From NCBI GenBank assembly GCA_002633005.1, contig NMRA01000352.1:402356-466355 (forward strand): 64,000 bases of DNA, read 5' to 3'. Position numbers and translations under genes: made by a program. Shown here one piece after another: positions 47,101-58,879 of this stretch. The notes beneath the pieces are model-generated. The model worked only from the letters and a program-made list of their open reading frames with translations, was not told the origin of the DNA and did no database searches. Position 1 is the stretch's first letter, and each line of letters starts with the position of its first letter. This DNA comes from Phoronis australis (lineage: Eukaryota; Animalia; Phoronida).

Positions 47101-48835
47101 CTTTAGTGACAGGAGAGTTGCGTCGATCCAAAATTAGCGTTTTCGAAAACAGTAAAAATGGCCACTAGGTGGCGAAAATTACGTCCGAAAACAAGAGGAT
47201 AGCGTCATCTCACTAATAGATGGCTACATGCCAAATTTTATGAAAATATGCTGAAGACCTTTGAAGATATAGAGGTAAGCGTAAAAAAATTAAATTTCCA
47301 CTAGGGGGCACACCGGTAGTCGGATCTGTCCGAAAGTTCGCTCATGCTGTCCCATCCATAAAAGGAACACATGTGCAAAATTTCATGAACATACGTCGAA
47401 CGGTTTTGGAGTTAGAGCAGCAGGCACCGGAGGCCAGACGCCGGACGGACGCCGCCTGGATGGATGAACGGGCGGACGGAGATGACGGCATAATGCGTCC
47501 ACACATAAATATGTGGGCGCATACACGCCAATGTCCACAATCATCCTTAAAGCGGTTTGGTTGATAGAGGAGTGGGCGCAAAAAAACAGACTAAAGCACA
47601 GTAAAAATGGCCACTAGGTGGTGCAAACTACATCAAACCATCCAAAAACAGGAGGATAGAGTCATCCCACTAATTGATGCCTATATGCCAAATTTTAAGA
47701 AAATCTGATGACTACCTTTGAAGATACAAAGGCAAACGCAAAAAATTAAATTGCCACTAGTGGCCACACCCATAGTCAGATCCGTCCGAAAATCATTATC
47801 ATCCATTGTCAACACCATACAAATACACTTGCTAAATTTACTAAAGATCCTGCCAACGCTTTAGGAGATACAGCCATGGGCGTAAAAAATATAACTGCCA
47901 TTAGGAGGCGTCACAGTAGGCAAAATCATCGCAAAATCATTGTCAGCCATCCTCTTATTAGTAAAAACATACACGCTAATTTTCACAATCATCCTTAGAG
48001 CGGTTTGGGTGATAGAGGGGTGGACGCCAAAAAACAGACTCGAAAACAGCAAAAATGGCCACTAGTTGGTGCAATTTACGTCAAATCCATCCGAAAACGG
48101 GAGGATAGCGTCATCTCACTAATAGATGCATATATGCTACATTTTATAAAAATACGCTGAGGAGCTTTGAAGACAAGTTTAGCGTAAAAAACTAAAATTG
48201 CCACTGGGGGGAAAACCCATAGTCGGATCAGTCCGAAAGTTCGCTGATGTCGTTCCATCCATAAAAGGAAGATATGTGCAAAATTTCATGAACGTACATC
48301 ACCGGGTTTTGGAGATAGGGCAGCGGACGCCGGACGGACGCTGGCATAATGGGCCACAAATAAGTATGTGGGCGCATAAAAAACATTATTATCAGAGCTA
48401 CATCATTAAGTCATTATTAATATCTTTCAAAAGGCCAAAACAGGGTTTAGAGTCCTTTAAACACAAGGACTATTTTGAGGAGTAGTTTGATGATCTATTT
48501 AATGATTAGTTTTCACCATGTTCTTTAAGGCGGGGGCATATGTATTTCCCGGTAAAAGCAAAATTGTTTCGAAAAAAAAAAAAAAACCGGGCCACAGACA
48601 ATTAATTCAATTATTAAACCATGTGCAAACATCACAAAAGCAACACAGAGCCTGCAATCCTACGAAAGAACAAGAGCAAGCCGGAAACCCATATTGTCCA
48701 CCAAGATTGACAAATTGTGAAATAGCAGTACTCCTTTTTAATCAACAACTGAAAGACTTAGGATCATTGTAAGGAGAAATTACTTGTTGAGGGTGTCTCT
48801 GTTTGGCCCTAGTGATTGGCACCCCACCAACTGTG

Positions 48836-48870
<35 letters not shown>

Positions 48871-51800
48871 ATGGAACTTGAGGATAAGTGCCTGCTGATG
48901 TTTGTAGAACAGCTGCTGCTGCTCCGGGGTTAATTTAGACAATTGACCTTGGATCTTCTCCCGCTGCTCTGGGGTCAGGTTTATACTAATAGTCTGGTTA
49001 CCTACCTAGAGAAAGAGAAAAGGGAGGAGTTGACATGAGTGACATGCAATACTAGCAGTCTGGTTACCCACCTACTACCAGAAAGGGGAGGGGCTAACTT
49101 GAGTGACAAGCGATACAGTCTTGCCACTCGCTCAGACAGAACAGGGTGGAACAAAATTCATGAAAATACAGTCAAATCGCAAAAATGCCAAAGAAATATG
49201 CTCTGTGGTATTTCATACGCAAACTTTTATGAGAAATTTATAGCAACTACTTAAAGGGTAATATTTATTCTTTTGTCAAAAAACAAATTTCGACTTAGGT
49301 CACTTACTGAATACCAAATCAGTTTCATCGTGATCTGAACTCGGATGAGAAATAATTTCTGGCCTTGAGAAGAACAGAACAGGCTCATGGAGTTTGCTTG
49401 TCATGGCGGGACAGATACCGAAACAGGACACAAGGACATACCTTAGCGGTCACACAAAACAACTCAGTTTCGAGCCGGAAGTCAAAATTTCACCAGTTCT
49501 GTCGACCAGCTGGCGATCAAGCTTTCTAGTTAGAAATAATAACTTAGTTTCTAAGCATTCCTGAAACCTAGTTGACATGCACAAGTGAAGTAAGACGATT
49601 GTGCGAATGACTATTTCCCAGTCAAACACATTTAATATCTTTTCGACAGATGGCATATCGTGGGAATGATCCAACCATATTTGGGCAAAACCAGTATTTT
49701 TTGTTCATATCCGACTACATCCCAGCAATTTCAAAGTCAAATTTGAATAAACGCGGCATTTTACGGCAGTAGGCGTATCATGCAGTCTCATGATCAGTCA
49801 CGGCGCAGCTAGATCTAGGCCAATTTAGACACATCTACGCCAATCAAAACTTGGAGCGTTTGCTTGTTGTATAGAACCGGAAATGAGAGGCGAAGTTGAC
49901 AAATTGTTCAGTACATTCTGTGGTGTTTTGTAGCTGGGGTTTCAGATCCTCGTAATTATCATGAGCATTATGAAGACAGCAAGCCTGCTCGATCGTTTCA
50001 AAACTCTTGGACAGTGAACAGGCCGTCTGCTTACAGACATGAACACCGACTGCAAGAAATACACCATTTTCCAGTAAAAAAGTTACTTTAGACTTGTACG
50101 TCACGTTTTGTTTATTTAGGTACAATTCTAGACAAGGAAACAAATATTTTACTGAGAGTGACTGACTTCAAATTTATTAGTGGGTTTGCAGCGGGCATAT
50201 TCAAGTAGACAGCAAAATGGGCGTTTTTTTGATTTGGCCTATATGCTGCTTCCATTTTTTGAAAGTAATGATTAGTGCCTACTTTATTTTTTTGTCAAGA
50301 TGAAGCACACAACAGAAGAATTCTGTTGCAGGAAATGAAATTTTTCCATGACAGGGCGATTGCCTCTTGACAACTGACTGGGATCGCAAAAACAAACCAT
50401 GATTGAAGCTGAACGCAGAAAATGCAAAACATTTTTTATGTTTTGTACTACGGTACTACCATTGTTGAAAAACGAAGAATTTGAAGTATTGGCAAGACCT
50501 GGGCCCGGTCTCCAATCTTTTTACTCGAAATGGAACTCGAAATTAGGTTTGGCATTTTCTACTCTACTTTTGGGCGAACTCAAGATAAGTGTCTATTATT
50601 CTATGCTCGAGTACACAATAACTTATGTAGATAATTTATTGCCCTAAGTTCACAGTTTGTAAACCCAATATTAAAGCAATAAGTTCAAGTTTGAACTCGA
50701 AATTTCGAGTTTTTACTCGAGTTTGTAGCACGAATATAAGGGCCTTCAAGGGCAAACTTGAACTAGAAACTCCTATGCATAAACTTATAATGTATTCGAG
50801 CACAGTCTGATAACCAATTACCTTAAGTTCGCACAAAAGGAGCAGAGAAATTGCCAAAAATAGTTTCGAGTTCATTTCGAGTACAAAGATTAGAAACCGG
50901 GCCCAGATTAGTTTGTCACGAATTCAGTGACTTTTGAATTTAATTGCACATGAAAATGAATCATTTTCTGAAAGGACGACTCTGTTCACTGCATGGCTCC
51001 TGCAAACTTACTCAAATTGTACGTTTTCCTTTTACAAATAAACTTTTCTTTATGTTTATCGAAAATTATAGTTAAGTATGATCATCGATGGAGGTTGGTA
51101 CTTNGAATGAAAAACACCAGTGTCCTGGGGTGAGTACACTCTCCTTGCGCAGCCTAGCCGTAGCTTATTTTAGGCGATTGAGTACACCCAACGCATTTTA
51201 ATAGGATAATAGGCTTGTCGGCTGACCTCGCCTAGCGCAGGATAAGGGTTAAGATGTGACTCGGTTATGTTGGGCGTTCATGTGAAAGTCGCAACTATTC
51301 TTTAAAAAATCAGGGCCTTTTAGTCTGGTCTCCTAAGATTTGACAGCTAGAGGCCAGGTTGGTGACTAGCCTGTTTTAGTTAAGGTATATCCCTGCCAGA
51401 ACATCCTTAAAAGCAGCTTTAAACACAAAACGTTAAGTAGAATAGAGCTCAAAATCAGGGTCCTTAAAATCTTAAGAACTTGTTACACACCAATTTTCCA
51501 TGGTGTGTTCTTGTTTTCAAGTTCTGAAAACTTTGCGAAGACCTGCGGCTTATTTTTTGAGTTCATCCTTGGAAATAAAACTGCAAGACCAGTCACCCCA
51601 CCAAATAAACCTCAACATATACAAGGGGGAATCAACAATTGATTGGACTTCAAAACCACTTGCCCGGACTTCAAAAACCAGCTGGCTGGACAGCAAAACC
51701 CAATGACCAGTGTTCTAACTTGGTGGTCAGACCTCAGAATGTGACGTCTGGCACCTCAGTCCCACATGAATGCACCCAAAAAACAACTGGTTGGACAGAC

Positions 51801-54800
51801 CTAAAACTGGTTGGCAGGTGCTCACTATGGCTGAACAAATCACCAGCCAACTGGTTATAGCACCAGCCATCATGTTTTGGGTGGAGCCAACTACTTTTTT
51901 AGGTGACATGTACGTTTTGATGTCCGGACAACACGTTTGGACACTTGCCCTTTGGTTTTGCAGTCCACAAGTTTTGAAGTCCAGGCAATAGTCTGGTGTG
52001 ACAGAGTGTGTACGGTCTCGTCAAGACTGTGCATTTGAAAATGCACTCTTGCTGCAAACTTCTCGACACCAAATCCAAGCACAATTTTGACAGCAAAATG
52101 AGACCTTACCTTAATCTGAGTAAGCAGTGGGGGTTTATCAGTCACCCCGGAAACGGGAGTTGCGCCCGCGCTGTTACCAATGGTTCCCGACTCTGACTTG
52201 CCCAGAAGTGACATCAAAATGTCTCCACTTGTGAGTTGTGTTGCTGTAGGACTGGAAACGGCCGTGGGTGTGGCCTGCGAACTTGAAAGTATTTTTTGCC
52301 GTACAGATTGTAACTTCTGGATAAGGTTGGCCTGTTCTGGGGTCGGGTTACCAAGGGAGCTCAACTGCCTAAGCTGGTTTTGAATTTTTGCCAGAATCTG
52401 ATGGTTTTGAGTGACCGGTTGTTTGGCATCCAACACTGTAGGTGTCACCGGTGACTGGACTCCGCTTCCATTCATGCCAACTGTAAGACACGTGGGAATG
52501 TTAGTGAAAATAGTCCCAGCCTGACCCTGAACAGGAGCTATGCTGCTCAGTTCAGTCTTGACTTCTGTCAATGTTGAACCAGCCTGGTTAGTTGTAACCT
52601 GTCTCGAGGAAGCACCATTGTCAATCATTTGAGATGATTGCTGACTAGAAGTGTTCAAAGTTGTCGAGGTCACTGGAGTAGGAATGACAGTTGTTGGTTT
52701 AATGACAGGCTTGGGTTGTACTGGTCGTTTGCTACTGATCACACTAATGCCAGGAATCTTCTTGAGCTGCTCGAGGTTAAGCCCTTGCAAAGACTGTAAG
52801 TTGACACCATGTGGTATGCTTAGGGTCACAGCTCCTTGGGCAGCAGCGGCAGTCTGCATGGACGGCTGACTAGCGTTAACCGTCTGCTGCCCATTCACTA
52901 CCGGAGAGCCAGTGGACACAGGTAAAGACTGAAACGGCGCCGAGCTCGGTGCGACAGCCCTAACAAACACGTTTGGTGACACACCCCTTTGGATGACAAC
53001 GGGCTGGGCAGGTGATGTGAAGTTGGCCAGTCTGACAGCAGGCTGGCCAGCAGCTGTTGTCTGTAGACTAATGCCTGTGGTTGAGCTTGTATTCACCTGA
53101 GGTTTTATGGCTATCTGCGCCAGGGTCTGGACAGGAGTACCGCTCGCAGACCCTGAAATGTTTGATGGCTGACTCCGAATGGCAATTTGCGGCTGTCCAT
53201 TGCCATTCACAGCTGTCGCAGTACCGAGCTGATTTCCCTGGATGAGTATCTTACTGCCAGTCGAAGTCTGGATAACAGTTCCTTGTAGTGCAACTGGCTG
53301 AGAAATGCCAGGCACATTGGCGAAAATATTGACATTGTTCGACACGTTAGGCTTGGACAGGAACGTCACACCCTGTGGGTGGCCAACGATTTGTGAGTTC
53401 ACATTTACGCTGCCAACTGTGGAAGGATTCGGCGAACCTTGCCTCTCCATAGTCACCGTATTGCCTTGTTGCGGCAAAATTTTCACTGGAGTTCGTACAC
53501 TTGTCCCGAGGTTGACATGCGATACTTGCACCTTGTTTTGGTTTGTGTTCAGTACTGGCTGAATACTGACTCCCTGAGGCATCAAGGCCACGTTAGACTT
53601 TGGTAGAGACATAGCTCCAGGAAACAGCACCCCACCCACTGGTTGATGGACTGTGGAGCCCACAGACAGTGCAGGTGGCAGCCCAATGGGGGCACTGCTG
53701 GTGACAGTGGACACTTGAATACTTTTTGATAGCACGATGGAAACGTTGGAGCCATCTGCTGGTGAAGCTGAGGAACTACAAAGGAGAGAAGGCATTTCTA
53801 ATATCACTTTAAATACAACTGTATTCAGTTCTTGACTACAGTAATTCTTCAGGAATTACACAAAAAAATTCCAAAGTTGTCATTTTCCTGTTAATAAAAA
53901 GCTGGCCACCTAGCTACATATTATCAAAGTTTTTGTTTTACAGTCAGAAAAATGCTGATAAACTACTAGACAAGAGGAACGTGAAGCATTAAAATGCATC
54001 CACAACTGCAACGTAAAAGTGTTTCTGGCAAGTGTTGTCAAAACAAAACTTTGACCAACATAATCAAGAACTTTTTAAGGAGCTTTGAGGGAAGTTAACG
54101 GTACTCTTGATGCAAATTTAAGGTCATTATAAAACACCTAAATTGCGAACTTTTACATGTTCAAATACTTAAATGCACAAAATACAACTTTTAAGATTTT
54201 GACTGTAGGAAACAACCACATCAGAAGACAAAATAATCACTGGACAAGAAAGTTGTTTAAGATCTTAAAACTGTATGAAATTTACCACTTAATCAAATGG
54301 CACCTCTCCTCAACCATGAAGAGAATTCCCATTTCAACAATGTATACTTCTTTGAGACAAAGAACAATGCTCCTGCATTTTCCAATTCAAGTCATGTACT
54401 TACGATCTTTCAGCCATGCCATATTGAACACAAACACCAACTTCCTTAATTTAAAACAGCATTGCTCAAAATAATTGATGTTACTTCAGTTCCATTTACT
54501 GATCCCTATTGGGCATAATACCATCAATGCCAAAAAAGCAACAAAGCTCTTGTTGGGCATGTGCTGCACCAGCCACGGGCAACACGTGTCAAAGCCCTCC
54601 ATCCCTCAACTTTGGGGCCCAATATCCACTCTATTCTCCTCTGAAAAATATTGAAGAATCACGCGAAATTCTCCTCATGATGCCCAAAATGAGGGATATA
54701 CCCAGGTTTCAAAACCCTGCTCGCCAGAAAATCTACGCGCCCAGCCCTAAGTTCAATTGCCCCGCCGTTTCGCCACGGTCACCACAAATTGCTGCCAATG

Positions 54801-57800
54801 TCAATAAAAATGATCGTTTCGTAAATTGATGTCACCATCTATTAGGGCTAGTATTGTTCTTAGAAAACGCAGAATTCCTACCAAGAAACTTTCGACGTCG
54901 ATGAATTCCCAGCAACGAAAAACGTAGCCTTGCTATGCGCCGATGTGGGACAAAGACTGACCAGGTAAATCTGACACAAAATCAGTGTCATTAAAAACTA
55001 CGCTCTTCCTCGAGAACACTAAAATATTTACCGTTGTTGGAATAATTGGCATTCCACCATTATTTACAACTAAAATGCGGCACTATCTTTGCGTTGGCTT
55101 TCAGCGCCATGGGATATTGTGTTACCCATTGGCGAGTTTCTTTATTCGCCGATTCTTCAATCAACTGTAGTTCTTTCACGAGGTTGCGTACACCTCACAA
55201 CAAATTATCGCAATTGGTTTCACTTCATAATAAGCAAACAAAATTTCAGAGCAAATTTTGCCGTCGTCTTCTCCCGAGAGACAGAGATGTTGTAAGACTT
55301 TAGGAAATGGCGCGTGTCACAAGCATACTGTTTACAAAACGACGACCTACTTTTCTTTGTTACAAAAGGCAGGGAATAACCCAAGAAAATGATGTTTATT
55401 AGATTGTTCTTCATTTAAACAGCAAGGTGAGTGACTCCAAGATTTTGCATGTACCCCTGCCAGTCTTTAGGTCTACATGCTGATACTCGTTTCATGGCGA
55501 GGTGACGAGCAGAACTACCCGGGCTGTGTGCAATTTTGAGGACTGTCGGAGCTCAACACAGTGGTACCACAGGCACTTGAGTTTATCTGTTCCTCGATCA
55601 CCTCTGACGTCACTCACTGTGTTTATACTTTCTTTTTGTTCTGCTGCAGTTTGCTTAGAAGGACGGACTCCTTCTAAAAAAACTCCATATTGTTACGCTT
55701 GACAAATGAAAATGAGAACACCCAAGAGATGGCACATGCACCAGTTGTGCACAAGTCAACGTGAATATCACGATTCTGCCTCGTGCGGGATGGGAATAAC
55801 TTGCAAGTGGCCACACCAAGAAACATTGTGCTATATTATTAAATCATGACATGGCTAGACCAAAATACGGAAAACCCTTTGCACCTGGAAATCTCATGGC
55901 TGCACCAACCACGTATGATCAATCTAGCTAAAAATTGCGATTTTTTATTTTACAAATGACGATAACAAGGACAACTACTTTAATTTTCATGTGTTTTCAG
56001 TGTTATTACTCATAAAATTATCTTTGTTAAAATTACATTGTAGAATAAGAAGACAGTTCCAAGAAATAAGGCATTTCACTTGCTGTGAGCACATGCACCA
56101 GTCTAACTTATTTCCCTCTTTTCCTTCATTTCGGACTAGTCCACCTTTGTGCAGGACCCACCACACGTCGCACTCACGGTGACCTTTTGTCTAAACGAAT
56201 CGCATAACGGTTAGATCTACTGTGCCGATGTTTTTTAATGCCGGAGCATCAACACGCGGACCAAACTTAACCTTAAATTCATGATAAAAACAACACGGAG
56301 TAGAAAATATATTCATTTCCATCTGAGAAACGATAGAGTGCTTTTGCACTCTGAAAACGTGCTCTCCACCTGGGCGACCGGCAAGTGAACTTTTACTTGC
56401 CCAGCACCATTTTTACTCGTATTGGTGACTGCTCGAGAGGCTAAGTATATCCATGCAAAATTACCCTCAAGTGATGTAAAAACTCCCCTCAAGGTTCGAA
56501 TCACTTGTAACTCACATAGGTGACAATTTGTCAGAGCCTGTGAGGGTGGGGTGCTATTGATGATGATCGGGAGGTAGAATTTTCTCCATACCCCAAAATA
56601 TTCCCCTCTCAGAAGCTACAGGCACTTTTCCTCAAGGATGAATGAGGACCCTGCATTTCTTGAGCTTTCGTGAGATGTTTCCATCTGAGATTTTAAGTTT
56701 AAATAGGATACCATCGTGAATGTACATTGTATCACAAAAAAGGTTGCCGTTCAGCTGCACTAAAAATTAACATTAACACCGTTATACAACTGGGTGCCAA
56801 TCAAAAACTATTGTCTTATAAGTAAACAATTGGAATTAAATATATAATAAATTCTGTAATTTCCCTGGCCCTATGGGCTGAAACCATCCAATGCCCACCC
56901 GTAACACAAACCATATACAGCCGAACACTAGTAGTGATTTAAAGTTATTATAATACTGAAGTTTTCTTACCCTGGGATCAGGGGTCGACCATTGCTGTTG
57001 TTGTCACCAACCAACGGGATGTCTTTGGACAGGAAGTCGGTCAGGGCATTTTCATCACTACAATGTAACACATGTATACAACTAAAAGACGATGATAAGA
57101 CAAATATCTTGGCTTTAGATATTCATGGGATGATCAAAATACAGCTTTTTACAGTAACTCGTAGTTTTTGAATTTGGGACAGCCAACATTACTTACTTCT
57201 AAAACCTGGAAAAAGATACATGCGAAATAAATTTATTTTCACTGTCCCAAACTGGAAACTTTAAATCAGGGCTCAACATAACGACCTGAAATTTGGAAAT
57301 GCGAGCTGAGATTTTTGTCAGCTCGTAACAAGTCGCAAAATGCGACATGGAATTTCCAATGTATGCGAGCTGAGTTTTTACACTTCTCGGCAGATAGCTG
57401 GCAAATATAAAGCAACTCTTGTTAACCCGACCGTTATTTGGTTGTTGCCAAATCCAAGTCCAGAAGAACACTAACTGAGAACAGCCCTCCCGATGACTTG
57501 TTCCAGTCACGTGAACATGGGATATGCAGAATCGATCTTTGACACGTTTCATTGGCTACCATTTTCGGCCACTTTTGCAAATTTTCCGGATTCGCCGAAG
57601 GAAGTTTCGGGCCACAGCATAACACAGGATAAAACGTCTCAAAACAGCGGTGTTTCTACTAATTCTTAAGCGATCAACATACCAAACTTTGAGGTGGACA
57701 AATATGTTTATGTCCTTATTACATGTACCAAATATCCACGACAATATCCCTGATATCGCACTGTGGCACTGGTCGGTTGCGTATATAACGCACTAGTGGT

Positions 57801-58879
57801 CCCGGAAGACAATGGTGACTTAGAGATGTGCGTCCCGTTTTTTTATCACATAAGACAGCCTAAGTGAAAAGGGCAACTCTATTAATTGCCAAACGACGAC
57901 CACGTCTTCTCTTTCAGTTGCCAAGATTCTCAACCCCTTTACTTGTTTCTGGGGCTACGTGTGCGAAATATGATCTGTCTTTCACACATTATTGCCAACG
58001 TAAAGTGTAGGCCTACTCCAGCTCATGCATGTGCACCCCTTCAAAGCTGCACATCAAAAGAGAACAGTGACAATCCTAAATGAAAGAGTATACCGGCTTG
58101 GCTCTGTTAAGCACCCGTGTACATGCCAGTGGTTTATTTGAACATGAGATCATATATTCCCGGCAGTTATAAAAGACCCGATGCTTTACGATATTCCCCG
58201 GGACCGATATATGGTAAACCAGAACTGATATTTTCCAGTGACGAAGTTTCCCAAGGTCGATGTTCCCTAAACCCTATATTCTATGCCCATAGCCAGCCAT
58301 TGCAACTAATCAGGTACTAGATGCCAAATTGTGGTTAGTGACCTTTTTATTCATTTCTTCATACATTCCCCCCCCTCCTACCCCCCCGCCCGCCCCNATT
58401 TTAATAACGTCGAGCCCTGTAAATGTAATTGCAGTGCCATTCGTGATAAACGAGACGAGAATGATTCAAGCAAGCATGCTTCTTTTATCTATTAACAGTT
58501 GCTGGTGATGGTAATGCTGTCCACCAGGTGTCGCCACATGATTACATGACAAGAAGGTACCGTTGTAATTTCTTCCTCATGGCAAGTATAAATATAGGAG
58601 ACAGTGAGGCTCAGTAGTTTCAGCTCAGAACTTCCATTTGGCAGACCCCAATTCATATCCTGGCTTTACTGGCAGACCATCGAGCATTGCACAAAAGTGT
58701 CTTGTGCTCATCCAAGCTCGGTCTTAGTAGTGAATGTATGCAAGGGCCGTATACCTGGATATCATGTGAAAGCAATTAATTACTGGAGGTGTGCTAAGAT
58801 TTTTTTTGTACACAACACTCTATGTATTCAATAAATTGACATACTTGATAACGTCCAACAGGCATCGCCCATCCTCCAT
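37009..58879 (-). CDS. BICRA: BICRA/GLTSCR1-family ncBAF (GBAF) subunit, 9 coding exons (58845-58879, 56971-57057, 52110-53775, 48784-49005, 43875-43990, 43275-43423, 42435-42529, 39790-39892, 37009-38141), ~1201 aa
   Basis: N-terminus MEDGRCLLDVIN-DENALTDFL matches the BICRA/BICRAL start (DGRCLLDVICDPQALNDFL). GLTSCR1 domain PDCTTPFRTRQESCKRLLRYHIF..DESFEE..RYRHLL..PSPEMVLVHRLL. C-terminal AAVKSIL. All introns GT-AG and phase-consistent (3606 nt). An invertebrate gene is likely co-orthologous to BICRA and BICRAL. Confidence 0.92.
39790..39892 (-). CDS. BICRA: BICRA exon RAVPSPEMVLVHRLLHSD
   Basis: Inside ORF 39782-39967; acceptor tttcag, donor GTAGGT. Confidence 0.9.
41215..41720 (+). repeat. 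Unclassified dispersed repeat, copy 1
   Basis: Shares TTTGTTACAAAAGGC..CGAGGTGACGAGC..ACCCGGG..CGGAGCTC..TGGTACC with 55000-55568. Confidence 0.7.
41810..41962. mobile_element. CAGGGGCGGAT MITE with apparent 5-bp TSD ACATC
   Basis: TIR CAGGGGCGGAT/ATCCGCCAATG; ACATC on both flanks. Confidence 0.78.
42435..42529 (-). CDS. BICRA: BICRA exon ADESFEEMSEELIEKKNNLFERYRHLLWSDCM
   Basis: Acceptor ctgtag, donor GTGAGT; aligns to the DEEFE..KYRLLL part of the GLTSCR1 domain. Confidence 0.9.
42616..42849 (+). mobile_element. CAGGGCTTG(G)AAT hAT-like MITE
   Basis: Both TIRs present; third copy in the window. Confidence 0.78.
42876..43080 (+). mobile_element. tRNA-derived SINE copy
   Basis: CCTAGTGGGATAAG..GGTTTGAGGCCC head; body homologous to 18654-18842. 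Confidence 0.6.
43275..43423 (-). CDS. BICRA: BICRA exon, GLTSCR1 domain start (PDCTTPF..RLLRYHIF)
   Basis: Inside ORF 43135-43434; acceptor ttccag, donor GTCTGC. Confidence 0.92.
43875..43990 (-). CDS. BICRA: BICRA exon PAKVFTVVRPSNQ...NRGS
   Basis: Acceptor atttcag, donor GTAAGT; phase 0-2 links the neighbouring exons. Confidence 0.82.
44529..48383 (-). mobile_element. Composite HINE-like locus (one 3' end, two 5' ends, foreign insert 45691-47142)
   Basis: AACAAGAG at 44529; GTGGGCGCAT ends at 47522 and 48377; CCACTAG units throughout. Confidence 0.8.
45691..47142. mobile_element. Unclassified ~1.45-kb insertion interrupting the HINE array
   Basis: Abrupt switch after TA at 45689-45690 to TGGTAAAGTCGCGTGATTTTCGGACAC (TIR-like start); only a partial mirror (TCCAAAATTAGCG) at the right end. 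Confidence 0.5.
48784..49005 (-). CDS. BICRA: BICRA exon with LTPEQ repeats and polyQ (CAG)10
   Basis: Acceptor ttctctag, donor GTAATT, 222 nt, phase 0-0; pure (CTG)10 on + at 48841-48870. Confidence 0.88.
50502..50903. mobile_element. PIF/Harbinger-type foldback MITE
   Basis: GGCCCGGTCTCCAATCTTTTTACTCGAAATG mirrored at the right end; CWG flanks (CTG/CAG). Confidence 0.78.
51590..52010. mobile_element. Degenerate foldback MITE with a nested CAC..GTG element (51773-51905)
   Basis: TTGCCCGGACTTCAAAA..GGACAGCAAAACC mirrored by GGTTTTGCAGTCC..TTTTGAAGTCCAGGCAA; inner CACCCAAAAAA/TTTTTTAGGTG. Confidence 0.55.
52110..53775 (-). CDS. BICRA: BICRA large low-complexity (S/T/P/Q/V-rich) exon
   Basis: Within ORF 51891-53807; acceptor ctttgtag, donor AAG|GTAAGG. 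Confidence 0.92.
53970..54030 (-). mobile_element. Isolated 3'-end fragment of the HINE-like family
   Basis: ACAAGAGGAACGTGAAGCATTAAAATGCATCCACAACTGCA resembles the family terminus. Confidence 0.5.
55000..55568 (+). repeat. Unclassified dispersed repeat, copy 2
   Basis: Homologous to 41215-41720; left boundary approximate. Confidence 0.65.
56971..57057 (-). CDS. BICRA: BICRA exon DENALTDFLSKDIPLVG
   Basis: Acceptor ttgtag, donor GTAAGA, phase 2-2. Confidence 0.88.
58845..58879 (-). CDS. BICRA: BICRA first coding exon part (MEDGRCLLDVI); exon starts at 58915
   Basis: Acceptor tttttag, donor GTATGT; peptide closely matches the vertebrate BICRA N-terminus. Confidence 0.9.

Noticed and set aside
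51236-51252. piggyBac-like end (AGGG-TTAA)
   Set aside because: No matching left terminus found.
51891-52109. C-terminal 72 codons of the 638-aa ORF as coding
   Set aside because: Lies past a strong GTAAGG donor, composition changes, and it overlaps a MITE.
52180-53562. Plus-strand ORFs within the large BICRA exon (also 37108-38039 and 23485-24009)
   Set aside because: Antisense shadows of real coding exons.
37009-58879. Functional link between BICRA (ncBAF localises to CTCF sites) and the CTCF-like arrays in its intron
   Set aside because: The arrays are equally present in and beyond TYSND1; co-location is best treated as coincidence.
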